Shown: positions 52,006 to 61,945, counted from the first letter of the stretch. The stretch is DNA of 64,000 nucleotides from Planctomycetota bacterium (GCA_965228735.1 OZ245838.1:2528001-2592000); one strand, 5' to 3'. Notes: generated by a model from the sequence alone, not told the origin. Made by a program: numbers and translations.

Positions 52006-53997
52006 GCCGGGTGGCCCTGGGGGTCTCCCCCCAGGGCTCCCACAGATCCGGACGTGCGCGGCTAACGCATCCGGCTCGTCAGCGACAAGGGCTCGCTGCG
52101 TAGACCGACCGGGTCAGCCGGGGCGGAGGAAGCGGGTATGCACGCAGCAGTTGCTCGAAGCGGGCCCACGACATGTAGGCCGCCCGCGAGCGCCGGCTCA
52201 GCCACCGATGCCAGATGCGACGGGCCTCGTACCATACGCGACGTAACGCAGCAGAGTTGCCGGTCACGCCGAAGTAGAGGTAGTGCCCCCGTAGCTTCGA
52301 GCACAGGGTGGAGTACTGGACGCGGACCTTGTCGTGCCGATTGCGACGGCACCAATCCCGTAGCCCAGTCAGGGTACGGGTCACGACGTGTCGTGTGGTG
52401 CGCCGCTGCACGGTCCATCGGCCGCGCCGGGAGCGTGACCAGTGATGGGTGAAGCCCAGGAAGTCGAAAGTGCCGCTCCCCGCCGCGCCGTCTTCGGGCG
52501 GTTGGAAGCGGACTAACCGGGTCTTGTCCGGATGCAGTGTGAGGCCGAAGCGCCCGAGCCTTTGGGCCAGGATCGACGACATCGCACGTGCATCGGCTTC
52601 GACGGCAAACAGGATCACGAAGTCGTCCGCATAGCGGACCAACTCCGCGCGACCGGCAAGCCTCGGCTTGACTTCCTCGACAAACCAACGGTCCAGCACT
52701 GCGTGCAAATAGATGTTCGCCAGCAGCGGCGAAATCACGCCTCCTTGTGGGGTGCCTTTGCGAGAGCGATGCAGCGCACCGTCCTCCTGCACCCCCGCCT
52801 TCAGCCACTTGTCGATCAGTCGACGGAACACTCCGTCGCGCACCCGCTGGTCGAGGATCGCTCGCAGATGGGTCGGCTCCAGGTTGTCGAAGAAACCTTG
52901 GATGTCGACTTCCAACAGCCAGCCGCCACCCATCGACATCGCATGCTTCCAAAGCGATTCCAGTGCCGTGTGCGGCGAGCGACCGGGACGGAAGCCGTGC
53001 GAGCAGTCCAAGAAGTCCTGCTCATATACCGCCTCCATCACTTGCGTCACCGCCCGCTGCAAGACCTTGTCCTCCAGCGTCGGCACTCCGATTGGACGCG
53101 TGCCACCCTTCCCTTTCGGGATGTGCACGCGCCGGACCGGTGGTGCGCGATAGCGCCCTGACTTCGCGCGTTCGTGCAGGTCCGCGAGGTTGCCCTCGAG
53201 ATCCTGCTCGTAGTCGCGAGCCGTGACGCCGTCGACACCAGGAGCTTTGGACTTCTGCGTGCGGCGATACGCCTCCCGCAGAAGCGCGATGTCCATGTGG
53301 TGTGCCAGTGTGGTCAGGACCAGGTCTGGTCGCTGCCTCGCCAGCTCCGCTACCCGCCGGAGTTTCGTGGAGACCTGCTCGGAGCCCGTCGTCTCCGTGG
53401 TCGGTCCGTCCAGCGGTTCCTTGTCGCCGGTGACGCCCTTCCCTCCGCCGGGTCCCCGTGGGGCGGGTTCCCCGGACTCTTTGGTACTATGACGCACTCC
53501 GACTCCCTCGTTGGCGTCCCGCGTCGCTTCGTTTCCTTCGCTCGGCGGTACCGGCCGTGTGTCCGGATTCCTTGACGGCACCGACGCGGACACGACGTCG
53601 CGGCCCTGGAGAGTTGGTTTCCGGGCCCCAGCCGGAGTTGACGATCGGACCAATCGAGGGGATCCCAGGTTCCTGGGGAGTCCGATGGATGCGTGCGGTC
53701 GTTCTCAGGACCCCGGAGAGACTTCCGGGCCAAGCCGGTTGCGGCCCTTCCATGTTGCCTTCCGATGAACCCACCACGTCGGCTCTCTCGCTGTCGGTAC
53801 TTTCGGGGCTCAGTCGCGCCGCCCACATCCTCGCTGTCTACGCTTCGCAGCGGCGGTTACCCGGTCGCCACGCAAGACTCGCTTCCGGCTGGTGGCTAGC
53901 CTTCGCCGGGCGGGTTTCGTCACCCGCGGGACTCCAATACGGGGTTCTCATTCCTGTCAGGTCATGATTTCTCCCGTCCAGGCTTCGCCTGGCGCAA
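52006..53997 (-). mobile_element. Complete group II intron (IIB-like, probably bacterial class E), 1992 nt
   Basis: 5' TTGCGCCAGG; domain V GAGCCGGATGCG...CGCACGTCCGGATC; domain VI CCCTGGGGGAGACCCCCAGGGCCACCCGGC; EBS1 and EBS2 complementary to the 5' exon. Confidence 0.92.
52079..53497 (-). CDS. ltrA: Group II intron reverse transcriptase/maturase without endonuclease domain; start uncertain
   Basis: APGVDG, RPIGVPTLEDK, GFRPGRS, GTPQGGVISPLLANIYL, RYADD, FDFLGF, LRGHYLYF. Confidence 0.93.
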   Translation of the reverse strand: MRHSTKESGEPAPRGPGGGKGVTGDKEPLDGPTTETTGSEQVSTKLRRVAELARQRPDLVLTTLAHHMDIALLREAYRRTQKSKAPGVDGVTARDYEQDLEGNLADLHERAKSGRYRAPPVRRVHIPKGKGGTRPIGVPTLEDKVLQRAVTQVMEAVYEQDFLDCSHGFRPGRSPHTALESLWKHAMSMGGGWLLEVDIQGFFDNLEPTHLRAILDQRVRDGVFRRLIDKWLKAGVQEDGALHRSRKGTPQGGVISPLLANIYLHAVLDRWFVEEVKPRLAGRAELVRYADDFVILFAVEADARAMSSILAQRLGRFGLTLHPDKTRLVRFQPPEDGAAGSGTFDFLGFTHHWSRSRRGRWTVQRRTTRHVVTRTLTGLRDWCRRNRHDKVRVQYSTLCSKLRGHYLYFGVTGNSAALRRVWYEARRIWHRWLSRRSRAAYMSWARFEQLLRAYPLPPPRLTRSVYAASPCR

Positions 53998-54017
53998 GGG
54001 TTCGGTACCGCCACTCT

Positions 54018-54893
54018 CTACGACGTCGGCTGCTCGCCGTTGATCTGCAGGTAGCGGCGGACCTGATCGGCCCAGCGACTGTTCGGATCGAACGACAGGT
54101 AGGCCCGCCAGTGGCGGCGCGCCCTTTCGAGGTCCCCGGCGACGGCGAGCGCCTCGGCGAGGTTGTAGTGCGCGTCGGCGTAGTGCGGCACGAGCGCGAG
54201 CGCGCGCTCGAGCGCCGCGATCGCGCCTTCGCGATTGCTCAGCTCGCCGCGCACGACACCGAGGTTGTTCCACGCCTCGGCGTAGTCCGGGCTGATCTCG
54301 ACCGCGGCCTCGAAGCACGCGCAGGCTTCGCGCCGGCGCCGCAACGTGTAGTAGCAGTTGCCGAGATTGAAGTGCGCCTCGGGGTTGTCCGTCTCGACGG
54401 CGTGCTGATACGCGCGCACGGCGTCCTCGATGCGACCCGCGGCCTCGGCCTCGACGGCGATCGCAAACCACGCCTTCGGCGACCGCATCGTCGGCAGCTT
54501 GTCGCCGCCGTGACGCTCCACGAGCTGGTCGAAGTCGAACAGCATCTGACCGCCCGGTTCGACGAGCCGGCCCTCGGACGTCCGCACGGTGACGCGACGA
54601 CGACCGATGCTCGCGAGCAGACCGGTCAGCGCTTCGTCGGGATCCTCGACGACGGTGCGCGCGAGGCGCCACGCGTGCGCGATGCGCGGCGCGGTCCAAC
54701 CCGCGCGCCACAGCTTGGCCAACGTGCGCGCGCGGCCGAGCGCCGAGAACGCGAACTTGCCGACGCTGCCACGCTGCGGCTCGATGAACTCGCGGTCGAT
54801 CCAGCGCTTGACCACCGTGCCCGGCAACCCGCACAGTTCAGCGAGTTCTTTCGCCGTGAACGAGCGTTGGGTCGCGCTGAATTCGATCGTCAT
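54018..54893 (-). CDS. MerR-like HTH plus tetratricopeptide-repeat protein
   Basis: FTAKELAELCGLPGTVVKRWIDREFIEP; TPRs AHFNLG, AWNNLG, AHYNLA; ATGA overlap with the ligase stop. Confidence 0.85.
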   Translation of the reverse strand: MTIEFSATQRSFTAKELAELCGLPGTVVKRWIDREFIEPQRGSVGKFAFSALGRARTLAKLWRAGWTAPRIAHAWRLARTVVEDPDEALTGLLASIGRRRVTVRTSEGRLVEPGGQMLFDFDQLVERHGGDKLPTMRSPKAWFAIAVEAEAAGRIEDAVRAYQHAVETDNPEAHFNLGNCYYTLRRRREACACFEAAVEISPDYAEAWNNLGVVRGELSNREGAIAALERALALVPHYADAHYNLAEALAVAGDLERARRHWRAYLSFDPNSRWADQVRRYLQINGEQPTS

Positions 54894-55822
54894 ACGCCGT
54901 CGGGGTCGACCAGCCCTTGGAACACGGGTGCGCGCAGGGCGCCGCTCGCGGTCTGCTCGACGAAGCTGACGGTACAGAAGAGCCCAGGCGTGATCCAGCA
55001 ACCGTTGAGGTCGGTTTCGACGAGCGGTCGGTCGGTGCGGCGCGCGAACATGAGCTCGCGCAGCTGCTGTTTGCTGCTCTCCGTGAGTCCCGACCCGACC
55101 CTGCCGACGCACCGCAACGTGCCGTCTAGATCCGTCGCGACGATGAGCGACTTGAAGTCCTGTTCGCCGCGCTCGTCGTCGGGTTCGTAACCCATGACGA
55201 CACAATGCACGGAACGCACCGGCTTGATCTTCTGCCACGCATCGCCGCGATCACCCGGCCGATACGGTGCGTCGATGCGCTTGCTCACGATGCCCTCGAG
55301 CCGCTGCTCGACCGCGGCTTCGAACAGGTCGATGCCGTTCGTCGCAACTCCGTCCGACAGCACGAGTCGCGCGTTTCCGACGGACTCGACCAGGGTCGCG
55401 AGCCGGGCGCGCCGCTCGAGGAACGGCAACGGCATCGTGGCCTCGAAGTCGCGATAGAGCAGGTCGAAGACGACGTAGACGACCGGACTCATCTGCGATC
55501 GACGTAACGCGTCGCCCGGACTCGCGTTCTCGCGGGACAGGATCGCGCGGAAGTCGGGCCGGCCGGCGTCGTCGAGCACGACGAGCTCACCGTCGAGCAC
55601 GGTGCCGGCGGGCAGGTCGGCCAGGAACTCGAGCTCAGGATAACGCCCGCGCAGGTCGCGGCGGCGGCGACCGTGGATTCTATGTTGACTGTTCTCCACA
55701 TAGGTGACCGCGCGCACACCGTCCCACTTGATCTCGAAGAAGTGGTCCGCCGAGTCGAACGGCTTGCCGATGCGGGCCAGCATCGGCTCGACGTGCTCCG
55801 GCAGTCGCGGCGAATCGGTCAC
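54890..55822 (-). CDS. Stand-alone ATP-dependent DNA ligase (LigD ligase-domain type)
   Basis: PMLA, FEIKWDGVR, LDGELV, VFDLL, LEGIVSK, WQKIK, OB domain GRVGSG...LRAPVF. Confidence 0.92.
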   Translation of the reverse strand: MTDSPRLPEHVEPMLARIGKPFDSADHFFEIKWDGVRAVTYVENSQHRIHGRRRRDLRGRYPELEFLADLPAGTVLDGELVVLDDAGRPDFRAILSRENASPGDALRRSQMSPVVYVVFDLLYRDFEATMPLPFLERRARLATLVESVGNARLVLSDGVATNGIDLFEAAVEQRLEGIVSKRIDAPYRPGDRGDAWQKIKPVRSVHCVVMGYEPDDERGEQDFKSLIVATDLDGTLRCVGRVGSGLTESSKQQLRELMFARRTDRPLVETDLNGCWITPGLFCTVSFVEQTASGALRAPVFQGLVDPDGV

Positions 55823-55841
55823 GCGCGGGGCGCCCCGCCGG

Positions 55842-56756
55842 TCAGTTGCCCGACGCCTTGCGCGACTTCTTCTTCGCGCCGGCACTCGGCGCGAGCTTCT
55901 TCGGCGCGTCGGCCTCGCCTTCCGCCCCATCGTCGCCACCCGACTCGCCGTCGCCCGAAACGAGCTTCGTCTGCGCCTCTGCGACGCTCTTCTTCAGCGC
56001 GTCCATGAGGTTGAGGATCTTCGGTTCCTCGTGGTCCGGCGCCTGCACGAGCTCCTCGCCCTGCACCTTGGCCTCGATCACCTTGCGGAGCTTCGCGACG
56101 TATTGATCGGTGTACTTGCCGAAGTCGAACTCCTCGATCTTGCTCGCGCCGATCAGCGTGTTGGTCAACGCGATCTCCTCGGGCTTGAACTCGATCTCGT
56201 CGACCTCGTCCTCGTAGTCGGCGGGGTTCTTGACCTTCTTCTTGTAGTGCAGGCCGGTCATCACGATCAGCTTGCCCTTGGGTCGGATCATCACGAGCTG
56301 CTCGCGTCCCGACATCACGACCTGCGCGATCGCGCAGACCTTGTTCTCGACCATGCCGTGGTGCAGCAGCGCGTACGGCCGCTCACCCGCCACGCCGTCG
56401 GGCAACAGGTAGTGCGTCTTGCCCGCGTAGTAGAGCCCGTCGATCTCGTCCTGCGGGATGAAGCCGTCGATGCCGATCGCGCGGTCCGTCTTGGTGCGCA
56501 GCTTGTCGAGCTCCTCGGGGTCGACGACGACGTACTGGTCCTTGCTGTGCTCGTACCCGCTGACGATGTTCTCGCTCTTGAGCTCACCGTGCTCGGGGCA
56601 GACCTTCTGGTACTTCACCCGACTGTGGCAGTCCTTGTGCAGCTGGTTGAGCCGCACCTCCGACGAGCTGTCGTTCGCGGTGAACGCCTTGACCGGGACG
56701 GAGACGAGGCTGAGCTTGATGAAGCCCTTCCAGGAGGTGCGTGAGGGGACGGCCAT
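55842..56756 (-). CDS. ku: Ku protein
   Basis: SWKGFIKLSLVSVPVK, GYEH, YALL, NLMDALKKSV, basic C-terminal tail. Confidence 0.96.
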   Translation of the reverse strand: MAVPSRTSWKGFIKLSLVSVPVKAFTANDSSSEVRLNQLHKDCHSRVKYQKVCPEHGELKSENIVSGYEHSKDQYVVVDPEELDKLRTKTDRAIGIDGFIPQDEIDGLYYAGKTHYLLPDGVAGERPYALLHHGMVENKVCAIAQVVMSGREQLVMIRPKGKLIVMTGLHYKKKVKNPADYEDEVDEIEFKPEEIALTNTLIGASKIEEFDFGKYTDQYVAKLRKVIEAKVQGEELVQAPDHEEPKILNLMDALKKSVAEAQTKLVSGDGESGGDDGAEGEADAPKKLAPSAGAKKKSRKASGN

Positions 56757-56922
56757 GCGGGTCCGGGGTCTCTGGGGAGCCGGTGACGGAAGCGGGGAAA
56801 CGATACCATGACGGCCCCACCAACCTGGAATCGACCGGAATCCGGCCGATCTTGACCCGCGGGCGTTCGTCGTTTGTTCGATGCCACGGCCAGCTCGGAC
56901 CGTCGGCCGAACGGCGCCACCC

Positions 56923-57621
56923 TCAGCCGAGCGCGAGGAAGCGCCGCGCGAGCGCCGGACCCGCGCACGAGTCCTCGTGCTTCATGAACACGAACGCGTC
57001 GGAGAACCCGCGTTCGACCATGCGGTCGCGCCAGCGGCGCAAGTCGTCGTCCTCGTAGCCCTCGCGCCGCAAGCGCACGTAGCACCACGACGCCGTGTCC
57101 AAGAGCTCGGGCTCGGGCTCGCCCTCCTTGTCACTCGTGACGAGCGCGACGTCGTGCTCCTTCAGCACGGCGAGCGCGTCGTCCTCGAGCCAGCTGTCGT
57201 GCGCGAACTCGAGCGCGACCTTGATGCCTGCCTGCTGGTGCGAGAGGAAGTCGCGCAGCACGTCGACGTCCTTCCGCACGTACTTCGGCACCTGGTAGAA
57301 GACGCAGCCGAGCGTGCCCTCGAGCGGCGCGATCGACCGGAACAGCCACTCGCACAGCTCACCACAGTCGACGAGCTTGGCGCTCCACGTGATGCGCTTC
57401 GTCGCCTTGACCGCGAAGCGGAAGTCGTCGCCGACCTGCCCCTTCCACTTGGCCACCGTCTCGGCCTTGGGCATGCGATAGAACGTGTTGTTGAGCTCCA
57501 CCGCCGGCAGCTGGCTGGCGTAGTACGTGAGGTAGCCGTCCTTCTTGAGGTCCTCGGGGTAGAACGCAGGCCGCCACTCGTCGTAGCTGAACCCGCTCGT
57601 GCCGACGTGGAACTTCGTCAT
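56923..57621 (-). CDS. DUF72 (YecE-like) protein
   Basis: VGTSGFSYDEW, VELNNTFYRMP, FRFAVKA, YVRLR. Confidence 0.9.
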   Translation of the reverse strand: MTKFHVGTSGFSYDEWRPAFYPEDLKKDGYLTYYASQLPAVELNNTFYRMPKAETVAKWKGQVGDDFRFAVKATKRITWSAKLVDCGELCEWLFRSIAPLEGTLGCVFYQVPKYVRKDVDVLRDFLSHQQAGIKVALEFAHDSWLEDDALAVLKEHDVALVTSDKEGEPEPELLDTASWCYVRLRREGYEDDDLRRWRDRMVERGFSDAFVFMKHEDSCAGPALARRFLALG

Positions 57622-57658
57622 CTCGACCTCTCGATCACCCGTCTGGCCCAGAACACTC

Positions 57659-60600
57659 TCAGGCCCAGAGCACCAGCCCGCGCACCTTGGCGTCGTGCGG
57701 GCCGTGACCCGGGATCCGAACGCGCATGCCGTAGCTGTACTGCCCCGAGTGCTCGACACGATACCCGCCGTCGAAGCCGTGCACCCGCGCATCGCTCTCG
57801 CCCGAGCCGTCCGGCCTCACGAGTCCGGCGTGCTGCATCGGCACGACGACCACCGCGGGGTCGTCGCCGGACCGCGTGACGACGAGCTCGACGAGCACGT
57901 CCTCCGGCGTGAGCCCCGCGAGATCCGCTTCGAGCCGGACCTCGAGGTGCTGCCCGACCTTGAAGCTCAGCAGATCGACCGTCGTCGCCGCGGTGATGCG
58001 CACCTTGTCGAACGCCGACCGCAGGCGCGCGAAGTTCTTCGCGGCCTCGCGCGCGGGCCGCTTGCGCTCGCCCTGCTCGACGAAGTAGTTCGCGGCCAGC
58101 GGTCGATACGCCCGTTCGAGGTAGTCGCCCACCATGCGATCGGTGCTGAACATCGCCGGCACGGTCGCGAGCGTGTGTCGCATCCGCTTCGCCCACTCGG
58201 TCGGCACGCCAGCGCCGTCACGATCGAAGTAGGTCGCGACGACGTCCTCCTCGAGCAACCGGTAGAGCGCCGTCGCGTCGGCTTCGTTCTGCAGCTCCTG
58301 CCGCTCGTAGACCCTGGGGCCGGCGATCGTCCAGCCGTTCTCGCCGTCGGCCGCTTCGGGCCACCAGCCGTCCGCGATCGACAGGTTGAGGACGCCGTTG
58401 GCCGCGGCCTTCATGCCCGACGTGCCGCTGGCCTCCTCCATCCGGGTCGGCGTGTTGACCCAGACGTCGACGCCCTGGACGAGCGCGCGCGCGACCGCCA
58501 TGTCGTAGTTGTCGACGAAGAACACCTTGCCGATGAACTCCGGCGACCGCGCGATCTGCACGATCGACTTCAGGATGTCCTGCCCGCGTTCGTCGCGCGG
58601 GTGCGCCTTGCCGGACACGACGATGCGCACGGGGCGCTCGGGGTCGGAGAGAATCCGCTGCAGCCGCTCCGGATCGGAGAACAGCAGATGCGCGCGCTTG
58701 TAGGGCGCGAACCGCCGGGCGAACCCGAGGTAGAGCGCGTCCTCCGCGAGGCCGGCGAGCATCGAGCTCAGGACCGTCGGACTGTCGCCGCGCGACTGGA
58801 ACGTGGTCGTGAGCACGTTGCGCACCGCGGCCAGCATGCGCGACTTGTTCTGCCGGTGCGCAGCCCAGAGCTTCGGAAGCGCGATCGACTCGGCGGCCTC
58901 GAAGTGCTGCGGCCGCACCGCGCCCACGTCGCCGCCGCGCACGAGCCGGCCGATGTCCGGGTGCGTCCACGTCGAAAGGTGCACCCCGTTGGTCACGGCC
59001 GCGACCGGGATCTCGTCCTGCAGCAGACCCGGCCAGAAGTCCGCGAGCAGCTTCTGCGACGCCACGCCGTGCAGCTGGCTCACGCCGTTCACGAAGCCCG
59101 CGAAGTTCATCGCGAGATACGTCATGTTGAAGTCCGCCGCGGAGCTGCCGCCCGTCGCCTGGCCGAGCGCGAAGAAGCGCTCCCACGGCAGCCCGACCCA
59201 CTCCTCGGCGTCGCCGAAGTAGCGTCGCACGAGATCCTCGCCGAAGCGGTCGTGGCCCGCGGGCACGGGCGTGTGGGTCGTGAACAGCGTCGTGCGCGCG
59301 ACGTACTCGCGCGCCGCGTCGAACGGCAGGCCCTCGCCGCGCACGAGGCGGCTGACCCGCTCGAGCGTGAGGAACGCGGCGTGCCCCTCGTTCATGTGGT
59401 AGACCGCCGGCCGCACGCCGAGACCGCGCAGCAGTCGCACGCCGCCGCGGCCGAGCACGATCTCCTGCTGGATGCGCATCTCCGAGTCGCCGCCGTAGAG
59501 GTTGCGCGTGATGTCGCGGTCTTCGGGACGGTTCTTCGGCAGGTTGGCATCGAGCAGATACAGCGTGACGCGGCCGACCTGCGCCTTCCACGCCTGCAGG
59601 AAGACCTCGCGCCCGGGCAACGGCACCGAAGTTTCGAACGTGTTGCCGTCCGCGTCGCGCACCGGATCGAGCGCGAGCTGCCGCGGCAGGTTCTCCTTGT
59701 CGACCGCGACCTGCTGGCCGTCGCTCGACACCTGCTGGTGCATGTAGCCGAAGCGATAGAACAAACCGACGCCCACGAGCGGGATGCCGAGATCGCTCGC
59801 GCTCTTCAGGTGGTCGCCGGCGAGGATCCCGAGCCCACCGCTGTAGACGGGCAGCGAATGGTGGATGCCGAACTCCGCCGAGAAGTACGCGACCGGGCGC
59901 TCCTGGGACAGCGCCGCGTTCCGGCCGTTCGAATCGCCGTCGTGCCCTACGGTCAGCGGCTCGTCGACCGTCGCCATGTAGTCGTCGAAGCGGGCGACCG
60001 TCGCGCGCAGCCGTTCGAGATAGTCGGCATCGGCCGCCTTGCTCTCGAGCGCCTCGAGGCTCGCCCCCTGCAGGAACGCGACCGGGTTCTCGCCACCGGC
60101 CGCAAACCCGTCGGCGAGCTCTTCGAACAGGTCACGCACGCCCGGGTTCCAGACCCACCAGAAGTTGCGCGCGAGGCGTTCGAGACCGCGCAGACTCTCG
60201 GGCAGCGTCGCGGCCGCCTCGAACGTCGACAACCGCGGCGTCTTGCTCGCCCCGATCGACGGCAGCGCGCGGCGCGGCATGCGAAACTGCACGACCCCGG
60301 CCACGCTGCGCCGCTGCACCGCGGCGATCGCCTCACCGTAGGCGGTCTCGTAGTGCGCGAAGAAGTGCTGCCACTCGGTGCGTCCCGCCGCCGCGATGCA
60401 GCGCTCGCGCAGCGCGTCGCCTGCGCCGTGCTCGCCGTCGAGGTAGGCCCGCATCGTCGTGAGGAAGGACTCCACCACCTCCGCGTACGGCGCCCGTTCG
60501 CGCGCGAGCACCGCGATGCCGTCGGCCGGCGAGAGGCCCTCCGCGGTCGCCCACCGACCGAAACCCGCGAGGTCCGTCGTGATCGTCGGCACGCCGACGG

Positions 60601-61945
60601 CGAGCGCCTCCTGCGGCGTGTAGCCCCACGGCTCGTAGAACGACGGGTAGACCCCGAGGTCCATCGCGGCGAGCACGGCCTCGTACTCGCGCCCGAACAA
60701 TCCGTCGTCCGGCCGCAGGTAGATCGGCAGCTGCACGACCAAGGCATGCGACCCGCGCGCGTTCTGCAGGCCGAGGCGTTCGCAGTGCTTGATGGTCGCG
60801 TCGTTCTCCTCGTCGAAGAGGTTGTGCGTACAGATGCCGATCGGCTCGGCGTCCTGCGCGAGGTCGCCCTCGGCGAGCCGGTCCAGCAGCTCCGCGCGAA
60901 TGCCGGAGTTGCCGGCCGGAACCAGCAGGAACGCGACGATCTTGCGGCCCGCCTTCTGCTCCTCGACCTTCGCGAGCGCGTCGAGCAGGAGCTGGATGCC
61001 CTTGTTGTGGAACTCGTAGCGCCCCGCGATCGCGACGAACGCGAAGTCGCTCACGTCCTCGCCCGCCATCGCGCTCGCGATGCGCGCGAGGTCCTGCCGC
61101 ACGGCCGCGCGGTCGTCCCCCGCGAGCTCGCCGATGACCTCGAGGTCGATGCCATTGGGCAGCAGCGGCGCGGGGCGCCGTTCGTGCAACAGCTCGGCTT
61201 CCTTGCCGGTGATCGCGCTGACGGTCGTGAACACGTCGGCCTTCCGCGCGGCAACGCCCTCGAGCGAATGCTTGGCCTGGACGTTGTGCGTCGCCGCGAG
61301 CTCGGCCGGCGTCCGACCTCCGAGGCCGTTGTCGTCACTCCCTGGGTCCGGCGTGATGCCGAGCGACGCGAGCGCGCGGCCGAGCATCGTCGCGTGCGTC
61401 GTGAACACCGTGCCGATGCTCGGGATCCGATCCTGCAGGTAGAGCAACGCCGCCGCCGTCATCCACTCGTGGGCCTGCACCACCGCGCGCTTGCGGAACG
61501 GCGCGAGGTACTCCTCCCACCAGCGCTCGATGACCATCGCCGCGGCCGTCGCAAACAGCACGGGCTCGATGTAGTCCCAGCCGCCCGCGATCGAATCGAC
61601 ACCGTGGCGCTCCCAGAGTCCGGACAGGATCCCGTCCTTTCGGTCGTAGAGCCCGGAGAACCCGACGAGGATGCAGCGCGGTCGCCCGACGATGCGCCAG
61701 CGGCCGACGCGCACGGGCACGCCGAGGTCGCGGCACGATTCGATGAATGCCTCGTGACCGGGTTCGTCGTCGAACGGCGGCTGACCGCCCGTGCCGGACA
61801 GCACCTGCGGACCGATCGTCAGGTAGTCGTCGCCGTAGCGCCTGGCGGCGGTGACGGCCTTGCTCGACAGGACGGTGTGGATCCCACCGACCTTGTTGCA
61901 GACCTCCCAGCTGATCTCGAAGAGTTGGAACGAAACGTCGGGCAT
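57659..61945 (-). CDS. glgP: Fused GT3-type glycogen synthase and GT35 alpha-glucan phosphorylase
   Basis: N-terminal EISWEVCNKVGGI, GRYEFHNKG, PSFYEPWGYTP; C-terminal YFSAEFG, YSGGLG, HMNEGH, FARRFAPYKR, EASGTSGMK. Confidence 0.93.
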   Translation of the reverse strand: MPDVSFQLFEISWEVCNKVGGIHTVLSSKAVTAARRYGDDYLTIGPQVLSGTGGQPPFDDEPGHEAFIESCRDLGVPVRVGRWRIVGRPRCILVGFSGLYDRKDGILSGLWERHGVDSIAGGWDYIEPVLFATAAAMVIERWWEEYLAPFRKRAVVQAHEWMTAAALLYLQDRIPSIGTVFTTHATMLGRALASLGITPDPGSDDNGLGGRTPAELAATHNVQAKHSLEGVAARKADVFTTVSAITGKEAELLHERRPAPLLPNGIDLEVIGELAGDDRAAVRQDLARIASAMAGEDVSDFAFVAIAGRYEFHNKGIQLLLDALAKVEEQKAGRKIVAFLLVPAGNSGIRAELLDRLAEGDLAQDAEPIGICTHNLFDEENDATIKHCERLGLQNARGSHALVVQLPIYLRPDDGLFGREYEAVLAAMDLGVYPSFYEPWGYTPQEALAVGVPTITTDLAGFGRWATAEGLSPADGIAVLARERAPYAEVVESFLTTMRAYLDGEHGAGDALRERCIAAAGRTEWQHFFAHYETAYGEAIAAVQRRSVAGVVQFRMPRRALPSIGASKTPRLSTFEAAATLPESLRGLERLARNFWWVWNPGVRDLFEELADGFAAGGENPVAFLQGASLEALESKAADADYLERLRATVARFDDYMATVDEPLTVGHDGDSNGRNAALSQERPVAYFSAEFGIHHSLPVYSGGLGILAGDHLKSASDLGIPLVGVGLFYRFGYMHQQVSSDGQQVAVDKENLPRQLALDPVRDADGNTFETSVPLPGREVFLQAWKAQVGRVTLYLLDANLPKNRPEDRDITRNLYGGDSEMRIQQEIVLGRGGVRLLRGLGVRPAVYHMNEGHAAFLTLERVSRLVRGEGLPFDAAREYVARTTLFTTHTPVPAGHDRFGEDLVRRYFGDAEEWVGLPWERFFALGQATGGSSAADFNMTYLAMNFAGFVNGVSQLHGVASQKLLADFWPGLLQDEIPVAAVTNGVHLSTWTHPDIGRLVRGGDVGAVRPQHFEAAESIALPKLWAAHRQNKSRMLAAVRNVLTTTFQSRGDSPTVLSSMLAGLAEDALYLGFARRFAPYKRAHLLFSDPERLQRILSDPERPVRIVVSGKAHPRDERGQDILKSIVQIARSPEFIGKVFFVDNYDMAVARALVQGVDVWVNTPTRMEEASGTSGMKAAANGVLNLSIADGWWPEAADGENGWTIAGPRVYERQELQNEADATALYRLLEEDVVATYFDRDGAGVPTEWAKRMRHTLATVPAMFSTDRMVGDYLERAYRPLAANYFVEQGERKRPAREAAKNFARLRSAFDKVRITAATTVDLLSFKVGQHLEVRLEADLAGLTPEDVLVELVVTRSGDDPAVVVVPMQHAGLVRPDGSGESDARVHGFDGGYRVEHSGQYSYGMRVRIPGHGPHDAKVRGLVLWA

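Noticed and set aside
52079..53653. RT as a retron, DGR or defence RT
   Set aside because: Domain V/VI, a maturase domain and EBS-IBS pairing identify a group II intron.
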